DNA of 60,503 nucleotides, filler included, from Basidiobolus ranarum (lineage: Eukaryota), in the NCBI GenBank assembly GCA_040143965.1. It is 2 parts of 2 records of this genome, joined end to end, with 100 filler letters (N's around TTAATTAATTAA, not from the genome) between each part and the next. Parts side by side here need not be neighbours in the genome. Positions count along the whole stretch, not along the records: positions 1 to 30,353 come from JASJQH010000100.1; 1 more part is not named here. One strand, given 5' to 3'. The notes under the pieces were generated by a model. The model was not told the DNA's origin. It saw only the letters and a program-made list of their open reading frames with translations, and ran no database searches. Shown piece by piece: positions 13,110 to 23,105 of the stretch. A program made the position numbers and the translations under genes. The stretch's first letter is position 1; the number at the start of each line of letters is the position of its first letter.

Positions 13110-14185
13110 TCAAAAACCAAAGGAATCATCCACATAATCATCATTGATATCTATATCATTATTAATATATGAATCATCATTCACAACAATGGTTTCTCCA
13201 CCATCATATGGTCTATCATACCAATCGTTACGTGGTTCAAATTCATCTGAAATAAATGAACCAACCAAAAGCCCAGCTAAAGCACCACCAGCTAGACCAC
13301 CAATTAGTTTTTTGTTGGAAAACTTCTTACCGCTAGTATTAGTGCTAGCTGATTGTACGGGTGGTGTTAATGGGGCAGGTGCAGGCGCAGGTGCGGGTGC
13401 ACCATTGTATGGTGGGTAACCACTGCGATCATTTGGGTTTCTTGGTGCTTGGTTGGCATATGGAGCGTTTTGAGGTGGACGATAGTAGCCAGAATTTTGG
13501 GGTGGAGGATTGTAGGAAGCGTTTTGAGGTGGAGGATTGTAGGAAGCGTTTTGAGGTGGAGGATAGTAAGGGGAATTTTGAGGTGGGATATTATAGGATG
13601 GGTTTGGAGGTGGAGGATAGTAAGAGGAATTCTGAGGTGGAGGATTGTAGGAGGAATTTTGAGGGGGAGAACGGTACGGAGCATTTTGAGGAGGTGGATA
13701 ATAGGAAGGATATTGAGAGGGAGGACAAGCATTAGAGGTTGGAGGAAGTGAGTTATAAGGAGGAACAGCAGATGGTGGTCTGGCAACATTTGGATTGTAT
13801 GAGGAGTTTCCTTGCAAATAAGGGGCAGTTTGGTTGGTTGGATACGATTGACTTTTTTCTAAGTTTTCGTTATTACGCTGTGGAGGTTGATAGCCACCTT
13901 GTCTAGGCTCGCTACTTGGCATAGGTAGGGGTGAGTTGCTCGAAGAGTATGATGGTTGGCTTGCTTGTGTATCGATAGAACTGTAGGAAGGTGGGGAAGC
14001 ATAGTCATTTTCAGATCTTGGATCGATCCAAGTAGTAACCTGTCGATTGTGGTCAATATCTATATAAAAAAACTGGTTAGCGGTTTGAAAGATAAGCATC
14101 TCTCGATAAACTACTTACAATATGGCTTTCCATCCGGTGTAAACCTTTCCTCCCACCCTGCTGGTAAAGGACCCTTAGAAGACAT
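13110..14185 (-). CDS. WW-domain, Pro/Gln/Asn/Tyr-rich protein (Wwm1-like); 2 exons
   Basis: Exon 1 MSSKGPLPAGWEERFTPDGKP plus exon 2 ...YIDIDHNRQVTTWIDPR form a WW domain. Then PPPQN(A/S)SY repeats and a C-terminal GGLAGGALAGLLVG glycine-zipper. Confidence 0.85.
13465..13705 (-). repeat. Coding minisatellite, ~27-bp unit encoding PPPQN[A/S][S/P]Y[N/Y]
   Basis: On the + strand, ttttgaggtggaggat(t/a)gta... recurs about 9 times. Confidence 0.85.
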
Positions 14186-14808
14186 GATTTATTCTTAAGG
14201 AGAGATATTTAGTGTATCAAGATGTCAAGCAGGCAAATGTATTGAAGATCCTAAGAATGGTTAGTAAGGCTTATATAATTTCAATCCACAAAAACCATTT
14301 CCCATTTTCCATACCCAGGAAACTTCGGAATTGCGGTCTAGACCACATGACGTATGTGATGAATTCCACCAAATGTACTTGGCTTATCAGTAGTTCGATG
14401 TGGAATTCACCAAAGAAAACAAGTCACGTTGACTAGATGGAGATTTCGTTCGAATAGTGTCTGATTGAATCATCCAACTCTCGGCAAGTTTTCCAAAAAT
14501 ACCTGGGTAATCTTATTATTACTAGTATTAGTAGCAATAGTAGCAGAAACAATAACATCAGCACCATTGGTCGTTGAAAAAATCGAATTTCTTGTACGGT
14601 TTCGCGAAATAAACTTCATATATGCCAAGACTAAATTTCTTAGAATTTCTCAGAAGATAAAGAATCCTTCGATATCAATTTTTTCAAGTTTCTTTACTTT
14701 CTGACCGTTTTATGTAATAACTGTCCAACAAGAAAATTATGTTGAAAGAGGGGTGTCTTTTTTATATATAATAAAGTATGGGCAGAGTTGATAAGAACAA
14801 GTGTGAAT

Positions 14809-15348
14809 CTATTCCAATTCCATATCAAACATATCGGTATCTTTATGATGCTCTATTCAATAAAAGAAGGTTAAATTTCGATAAAAGTAGAGAATATTAG
14901 TTATATTAAAGAACTAACCTTCGTTGGTATGATCCTCGGCTTCCTCTTCTTCTTCTTCACTACTTTCATTGGTGGTTTCTAGAAGTGAAGCGGGAGTGAA
15001 GGAATGCTGAAGGTGGGAGGTTCCAGTGGTAGAACCTACAGAGGCTCGGGTAACACCAGGGATGAAGGGAAGGTTGGTAGGTGGGGTTCTGGCAAGGGGG
15101 GAATTACGCAATTGAAGAAGTGTGTTACGATCATAAATGATCTTGGTGCCTTAAATGCCATGAAAAGGTTAATGGATAAAATATATAAATAAACTCGTTC
15201 ATCGTCTCTTACCACCAGGAGTAGTCGAGAAGATTGTGCCGTGTGGAGTAGTACTGTAGTCAGCAGGTAATGGTGTTCCGGGTTCGGCCCTTCTAGTTAC
15301 GGGTATATCTCTAGCAACTGAGACATTGGGTGAAAGGTTTGATGTCAT
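14809..15348 (-). CDS. EIF4EBP: eIF4E-binding protein (metazoan-type 4E-BP); 3 exons
   Basis: Spliced product: [79 protein letters not shown]...[20 protein letters not shown]. Contains the YxxxxLL motif, TP/SP sites, IPGVT and a C-terminal TOS-like FDMEL. Confidence 0.93.
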
Positions 15349-15848
15349 CTTATTTAAAGGGTCCTGTTGAAATAAAGAGTATGTGTAAAATGAATTAAGT
15401 CTACAAAAAGGATAACAGTCTAAAGAAGGTTATTTGCTATTTCTGAAAAGGAAAGAAAAGGTACAATAAGGAATCCTTGTGAAGGAGAAGGTAGGAGGAT
15501 GGTGGCCGGTTGACTATATCGAAATTTTGGTCAAGTGATTTTTCTTTCCGATAACAAAAATCCCAAAAGAATTAATGTTAATTTTTGATGCGAGAGGCTC
15601 AATACAGGTTTCAGCTGATCGACAAACTTGTTTAAACAAATTGAACGGCTCAAGCTCAGACAGTGCAAGCATAAGTGCATACTGTTTATTGAATCCACAG
15701 AGTCACGTACCAATGGAAAAATTCACTTTATTTTTAAATAAAATTATACATGTTGGTTAGATAATAGAGCAGATGAATTAAAATAAACCGTCTTTATGCT
15801 GTACAAGATCTATACTACTTTACACAAAATAATTGTTAGCAAGGAAAC

Positions 15849-16705
15849 TCATCTTTTGGCCGAGGCTCTAGTGATTCTAGTTGAAACCGGTGAGGTAGCT
15901 CGGGCGCGTCTTCTAGTAGACACATTTGGAGTGGAAGGCTTAGAGTCAGATCGAGTTCTTCGTCGGCTACGTTTGACTAGACCTTGGTTTGAATTGATAA
16001 AGTTAACTTGTCATTTTCTAAGATTTGTCGCATTAAATAGTAAAATAGAAATAGCTTCGTGTATTCACCTTCAGGCTCAGGAGTAGAGACGGTGGAAGTC
16101 TCTGCAGAGGAGAGATTAGGGGAATTTTCTTTATCTATGCTTTCGACTTCCATTTTCACTTCGTCCTGGGGCGTATCATTAAATTCATATGAAGTAAGAG
16201 TGAATTCATTCTCTACAAAAGGATCTATTGTCCCGTTATAATAATAACCATCTTCACTTTCGTCCTCCTAAAATAAAATTCAAACAGTAGCTCTGCTTAT
16301 TAAATATGCGCATTTTCTTGAAGTAAAGTCCAAAGCAAGTTAGATGAACTAACCATTTCGTCCAAGAAGTTGAGGTTGAATAGTTCTCCTAAATATTCCC
16401 AAATATCTGATGCTGTACATTTGACTGGACTATTGGCGTTATATAGGCGAACGATATTGGCCATTCGAAAGTGCTTATGAATGCCTAAATTGCGGTTATT
16501 TCAAGTAAGTGATATAAACTTATGACCAGCTTGTGAGTAAAAAAGAAAGATAGTCTGTTTACTTTTACTTACCAACAGGTTTATTTCTTCCCATTGCTTG
16601 AAACAGAGCAATTTCCATCTGTGGAAGCCACACAAACTTTTCGGAATCTGAGAGTTCTGAAGAGAGTTCGGTTTTTGGAACCTCGTCTTTCTCAAAGTCG
16701 TCCAT
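15849..16705 (-). CDS. EAF7: NuA4/TIP60 subunit Eaf7 / MRGBP (CT20 family); 4 exons
   Basis: Spliced: MDDFEK...WLPQMEIALFQAMGRNKPV|GIHKHFRMANIVRLY...DIWEYLGELFNLNFLDEM|EDESED...NEFTL... with a basic tail ending RITRASAKR*. KPVGIHKHFRM is the family signature. Confidence 0.88.
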
Positions 16706-17042
16706 ATGTAATACGGGAATGTAGTCAAGAGAGTAACAATACTAATAAATCTTCAAGTGGTGGACGCGAATATTATCCACCTAAATATATAGTAGTATAT
16801 CACGAAAACCTATGATATCCAAAGAGTGTTTTCAAATGTCAAATGAATTATTCTATGGCCTCTACTTATCCACTGGCCAATAAATCTCTTGATTTGAAGT
16901 AAATATCCAATCCATCAATTACGATCGAATTGTTTGTATATTGTGCTGATGCTTTGTAATTGGGATGATTTTACCTTACTTTTTACAATTAATTTATTTA
17001 ATAAATGAAGGAATTTTTTCAATGAAAAATACAATGAATTTC

Positions 17043-20000
17043 TTAGTTGGATATTGTGGATGGATCCGATGGTTCTTGCGATTCTTTGAAACTAGGTGCA
17101 GGAACCAAGACTTTCCGGGCGTGGTATATTCTATTTGCAAGGTGACTAACATTACCATCCATTTCAACCACTTTCCAAGAAAACTCGACACCATACATAA
17201 GTTTGATTGCATATACAATTTTCCTGGCATCGGACTCTTTAAGACCATCGAACTCATCTTCCGGGAGTTCAGGGAAATGAATATCATCCGTAGCCAAGCA
17301 ACGCTGAATCACTGGGAAAAGTGTATTCTGAATCTCTTGCTGAGTAGGATGCTGAGGAAGGATACCAACTGTGATATCAAACGGTTGAGTTAAGGCTAGT
17401 ACCGAGTGCTTGCCGTCATGATGATATCTAAATTCATAAGTTCCAACTTCCCAGGGCAGCTTATCAACCGTAAAGACCATTTCCCCAGTTATCGTTGCAC
17501 CAGTTGTACCGTGAGCGATGGGCTGTTCCGCCTCGTTTTCTTCATCCGTTTTCTTGAAGACATACAGATAGCGCCCCTTGGATGCTATAGAGGTAATCTT
17601 ATTTGAGCCATTTGCACCGACTTTATAAACACCGATCCAGTCCTCGTTGCTATGATTACTAGGTGCAGTCCAGGTAAGTTTGATAGGCTCTCCAAGAGGG
17701 AAGATGCATGAAGAAGTTATAGTAGAGTTTTGAATTTGAAGAGAATACTGTAAAGAATCTTTGCGTTCAAGTGCTTGTTCCGATGTCATTCTAACTTCAG
17801 CAATTTTAACTTGTGATTGAGTTATTAAGCTTCTAGTTTCCGAAATGATTTCTTGAAGCTTTGGCTTAGCTTTATCTACGATTCCAGCTGTCTCTTCAAC
17901 CACTCTCTCGGCCACTTTCTCGAAAGACTCGGTAACCCGTTCGACAATCTTCTCTGCTGCCCTAGTGTTCATTACGATCATTTGAATCTCTGGGGTCTCT
18001 TCCAATCTTTCCCGAATAGGTTTGGGGATGAATTTGGCCGTTTTTACAGATCTTGTAAGTCCAGCTTCCTTACGAATAGCATTGCCATAGAGTTTACGCA
18101 TATGAGGGGCCTCCACATATTGTAAGAACAAGAAGTTGGAGATTTGCGAGAAGAGAACCAATCCGTATATCACCATACTGTTACTCATGAGGGTAATCCC
18201 CCAAAAAGCCGCATGTCCAATCAGTTTCTCTGGGTTGTTCAAGAATCTGTAGATACCCGTATAACAAAGGGTAGCTGGATACTCATCAATGAAGAAATCC
18301 CCATAAAACCAACCGAAGTCACCCAACACCTCAAACACAGAGACCGAAGTCCAAATATGAAGGGCGATTAGAAGCAACCCAAATGTGTGACGTAGCAGTA
18401 CCGCACCATACGTCCAGTCCGCTGGTAGATTGTACATCCTGAGAGCAACGGCAAGAAACGACACAAAGGTCATGCTTAACGAAAGATTGTATATGCTAAG
18501 GAAGGAGGATTAGAAAATTGATGACATCTGCAAATTATTCCATCAATATTTACCTCTTCCAATTTTCAAAGGCGTCCTTATTGGTACCACCATATTTGAT
18601 GAAGTGTTTGGTCCAAAACTTGGCATTGCTTTGAAAATATAGCACCGCACCCAATACGTAACTATGGATCAAGCGCCAAACGAGACACTGACCTACTAGA
18701 AACCAAGTAAAGATGTGTTCACCACCATTGGCCAACAATGGTATGATAACACCGCCATAGAGAATGATCAACACTATGAACAGGTCGTTAGAGCGGAAAA
18801 GGTCGAAGTTTTTGAAGACAATCAAATCACGTCGGAAGTACGAGTTGTGAATATCTCTAGTGGCATATCGATCCAAATTAACTCCAACCGAGTGGCAAAG
18901 ATCATTGTTGCTAGATGTATCCGTATCACTCTCTACGGATGGACGATTATGACGCTTAGGCATTTGTGGAGTGCCGTATATTTTATCAATATCTAAAAAA
19001 GTCAACAAATATACGTTATGTTACGCTCATTTTGAATCTTGGTAGAAATCTATACGTACGAGGATTCTCTACAAAGTAAAGGAATGCGAATTGAGTAGCA
19101 TGGGCTAGAAGACTAACGTATAGAACGGTATAGCTAGCAGTCATTAAAGAAACTCCATAGTAACCAATATAGCCAACTGAGTACATGGGATGTGGGGCCA
19201 TTTCAAATACACCATCAAAAGTAAGCGATTGTTCAATCAGGAAAAAGAAGTCGCCCCAATCTATAAAAACAAAGGAGTCAGTATCCAGTCTACCGTGAAA
19301 TATAATCGATTCTGTACGTACACCAGGCAAAATCTTTTACGACACGGTGAGCATCAATCTTCACCCAGAGATTAAAAGCAACTAAGAAAATTCCACCAAC
19401 CCATCGTAGCAAATTGAACATAAATCCGTAACTCTCTAAACCTTGCATAAAAGAAAGCGCAAAGCACATATACGACGTGAAATCATTGACAAGGATGAGA
19501 TCTACTACTTGACGAAAGAGAAGCCATGTGTTGAACTCAATCGGGGCAGACTATCAAAGAGAAATGGTGAGTAAACAGCAACAAACTCGAAGTTATTTGA
19601 ATATAAATGCTACTGTGGGCAGGATAATATAAAAAAGTTCCTAAAGTACCTCAAAATCGTAGTCTTTTCCCATCTTGGCGGTTAATTCTTTTTTGATCCA
19701 CGTGTAATACTTTCCGCCTTTGTCTGCGTCAAATATTCCCTTTTTACGAGCCAAGGAAACTAAACCTCGCTTGTCACTTTGATACTTTAATAATAAACCC
19801 AGACCTAGGTTGTAGGCAGCACGCCAGAGTAGAAAAACGACTAGGAAAAAATATTTCCGAAACTCACTCGGGAGTACGAAGAAAAGAAATGCTTGAAAGC
19901 ATAAAACACCCAGAGTGAAGTAATCAAACGCGGACTTTTCAACAATGGGATCAAACAGGGTAGTTAACATATCAGAGGTTGCTGGAACTTTGAAGACTAG

Positions 20001-20237
20001 AATCAACATAGTAAGTGAGTAAAAGATCGAAAGAGAATTACACATAAGTGTGCTATGTCACCGTCTACAAGGCAAGTACTGTTGAAGTACCAATATTTAC
20101 TACATACTTTTTCCAGAGGCAGTTTTACCATAGGTAACTTGCGGCTTATCTACATCATTCTCGACCTCACTAAAAGTAGAACTAGAAGTGAGGCTTTCTG
20201 AATCTGAGGCAATTGAGTTGCGTTGTCTCAAACTCAT
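17043..20237 (-). CDS. CHO2: Phosphatidylethanolamine N-methyltransferase (Cho2/Pem1); multi-exon
   Basis: [93 protein letters not shown], and a C-terminal domain with [11 protein letters not shown]. Confidence 0.95.
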
Positions 20238-21008
20238 ATCCTAATCAGTAGTCTAAATAAACTGCTGTTGAAGCAATTAATTCTACCAAGAGATCGAGTG
20301 TCGACCTGCTGAAGTAAGGGTGGACTGAGATGAAAGTGAGTTGATATGGAGTTTTCAAGACGGCTTTTAGAGCATGGTGTAACCATCTGATTCAAGTCGA
20401 GTTATATCCCTTAAAGTTGCAATCATGTGAAAATTCACCTTTACAAGATAGCTAATCTTTCACTCCTCTCATAGAAAAAGAACACGATTTGTAACAACAC
20501 GAAACATTGTTTTGATTGGACAAATTGGACTTGCCAGTGCTACACAGAGGTACAAACTACGTGGGTACATTAGAGGCTGTCATAGAATCCATTTAACGTC
20601 GTGGTGTTCATCTCTGATGGGTCCATTGAATTCATTTAGGCACGTGTACCACCATATATTATTTATGCAAGATTCATATGATTTCATAAAGTAAACAAAC
20701 ATGTTAAATTATCATTCGGTAACTTTAAATAAATATAACCGAATCAGGGAAGAACAGCGACGTGTAAAATTAGCTAATACTTTGAATAAAGACGATAATT
20801 CAGGCAGTATTCTGTAATTAAATGTGCCAGTGCTGGCTTTAAAGACAGAGCTTTAACATATTAGAATTATGGATATCTGAGGTTTTTGAAGAGAACCTAT
20901 CAATGATCGCCAAGTGGCTTTACTTGGAATATAACCGATGTGGTAAGGTTGCACACATACATGATGTACTACATTTGGTTACCCTGACGTTGCTAGAAGA
21001 TACCATAC

Positions 21009-21438
21009 CTAAAGACTGATTCTCAAGTGGACTTCACCTACAGATTTTCCATGCTTGTTTTGCAAGATATACCATCTATCTACGGATCCTTGCGTGGCGA
21101 CATCTTGCAATGAAACGATGGTGGAACCCACTTTATCTGTATCCAAGCCCATCATTTCTCGGTCCAAAAGTTCGACATGTAGTTCGCTATGGCTGTTGTC
21201 AAATTTCAAGTTGAACGACTCGTTGTATATAGGGTTTGCATCATTCCTTCTAGCACTAGTTTTTTGTTTCGAGGTGTATCCATGGCCAGTATAGATCTTG
21301 AAAATCGGATCAATTTTATCGAACAGGTCGTTATTTTTCAAATTGCGCCCTTCAACTGATAACGTATAGGTAAATATAGATGAACGTTAACCAAATCTGT
21401 ACTGGAATTCACTTACTAACTGTAACTTGCACGGACAT
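21009..21438 (-). CDS. Small stand-alone C2-domain protein (paralog A); 2 exons
   Basis: MSVQVTV|IEGRNLKNNDLFDKIDP...ANPIYNESF...LHVELLDRE...DKVG...WYIL...VGEVHLRISL. Upstream TATAAAA on the minus strand near 21480-21487. Confidence 0.9.
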
Positions 21439-21716
21439 CTCGTTAGGATAGATAAAGGTGATACGGATGTGGGTGTGGGTTTTATAGGAGTATCTAAGCC
21501 ACCTCAGCTTCCCATTTCCTAAAGCAAGTCACACCTCGACCAATCTGATACTTGAACCCCTTTATTTTCTTGTGTGTATATCATTCTCTGGTAGCCTCCA
21601 TAACGGGAATCATAGCTTACGAAAAATCACTTTTAATCAATCAAGTCCACGGGAAGGTTGCAGGATGCAGGGCACACGAAATACGTGCGTATATTGATCA
21701 TAAATTACAAACACGG

Positions 21717-21724
21717 TATAAATA
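21717..21724 (+). promoter_or_regulatory. TATA box of the CHAP gene
   Basis: TATAAATA begins 46 nt upstream of the ATG at 21763. Confidence 0.55.
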
Positions 21725-21762
21725 AAGCTGAGCTCATTACTTGGATCTTACACTCAATCAGC

Positions 21763-22284
21763 ATGCTCTTTTTTCAATTTCTTGTATTCTCTTCGTTCAA
21801 CGTTTTTCTCTTGGCGTTACCTATTCGCAACCCCCGGACCAAAGAACTCACCTCTAAGAATATGGGTCGTCTAGCTGACATCCATCTCACCAAGGGCCAA
21901 GGTGATGACCGTAACAACGATGGTGATGGGGGTTATCTTGATTTCCAATTCAAGAATGGCCAGTGTACTGATTGGGCAGATGCTCGTTATTTTGAATTAA
22001 CTGGACATCACATTGATTGGTTCGGAGACGCTTCCACCTGGCCTAATAAAGCTAGAGAGGCTAATGGATGGATTGTATCTAGCGAGCCCCAGGTTCCTTC
22101 CATTATCGTGATTCCACCTGGTGCGCAGGGTACTGGGGGTCCGGGACACGTTGCTATTGTTGAGGATATCAATCCCGATCAGACTGTTTACACTAGCAAC
22201 TTCAACTACAACGGTGGCCCCTACAGAAAAACCTACACTGATTTCCATACCGGGGAGGGTGTATATTTCATATGGCATAAATAG
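21763..22284 (+). CDS. Secreted CHAP-domain (cysteine/histidine-dependent amidohydrolase/peptidase) protein, putative peptidoglycan hydrolase; intronless
   Basis: Hydrophobic N-terminus MLFFQFLVFSSFNVFLLA. CHAP motifs GQCTDWA (catalytic Cys), GDASTW, PQVPSIIV, GHVAIVE (catalytic His) and TSNFNY. Confidence 0.88.
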   Translation: MLFFQFLVFSSFNVFLLALPIRNPRTKELTSKNMGRLADIHLTKGQGDDRNNDGDGGYLDFQFKNGQCTDWADARYFELTGHHIDWFGDASTWPNKAREANGWIVSSEPQVPSIIVIPPGAQGTGGPGHVAIVEDINPDQTVYTSNFNYNGGPYRKTYTDFHTGEGVYFIWHK

Positions 22285-22317
22285 ATTTTAACTTAGACTG
22301 AATAAACAATACTTTAT

Positions 22318-22757
22318 TCAACTCATCGACTTACTCTTGGCGATGATTAGATGAACTTCACCAACTGATTTACCCACTTTATTACTAAGTACATACCATG
22401 AATCAATACAACCGCTCATTTTAAGCTCAGCTAAAGGAATGCCACAAGAGCCCACCTTTTCTGTATCCTTTATTTTACTGTCACCAAGTTCAACATGAAG
22501 CGTATCGTGACGATGGTTAAACTTGAGCTTGAAGGATTCATTCCATGTAGGGTTAGTATCATCCTTGCGAACACTGGTTTTCCCCTTACTCGTGAAGCCA
22601 CGGCCAGTATAAACCTTGATGACAGGATCGATCTTGTCAAACAGATCGTTACTCTGCAAGTTACGAGCTTCAACTAATGACATAGAGATTGAATGGGAGT
22701 TCTGGAATGAGATTTCTTTGGAGTTTACTTACCAACCGTAACTGAGATCTGTGTCAT
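22318..22757 (-). CDS. Small stand-alone C2-domain protein (paralog B); 2 exons
   Basis: MTQISVTV|VEARNLQSNDLFDKIDP...TNPTWNESF...LHVELGD...WYVL...VGEVHLII. Same phase-1 intron position as paralog A. Confidence 0.9.
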
Positions 22758-23105
22758 GACGTCCACGAAGGGTGAAGATAGATCATCTCCATTTTTATAG
22801 TAAGACTGATGCCTGGCCTCATCTATTTTCTATTTATGGGAATATAATAATAAATCAAATAATGGAAGAGTTAGTTCAATGAAACTCTGAAATTAGCTCA
22901 CTATCGGTTGATCTACGAGTATGACTGTCTCTTTTGCTTTCTTAATATTTAATTATATAACGTTAATAACTTTCCCTTCTTTTTTTGAATCTCTGGAAAT
23001 TGTTTAGGGTTACTTGGGTTTATTAGGGTGTAATTTACATCAATATATAATGCTTTGCAAAATTTTCAGTGAAAGGGGAGGGAAATGGATAATCTTTCAC
23101 AAGAA

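Noticed and set aside
13361-13789. Repetitive alternative-frame ORFs (RWRIVG..., FEVED..., TILHLK...)
   Set aside because: They are shadows of the 27-bp coding repeat in the WW protein.
21658-21762. N-terminal extensions in the ORF track (CHAP from 21658, DPP III from 24872, acyl-CoA synthetase from 1564)
   Set aside because: They start at non-ATG codons, upstream of TATA boxes, or read through an intron. The downstream ATGs give proper signal peptides for CHAP and DPP III, and the spliced ATG at 1485 explains the synthetase.
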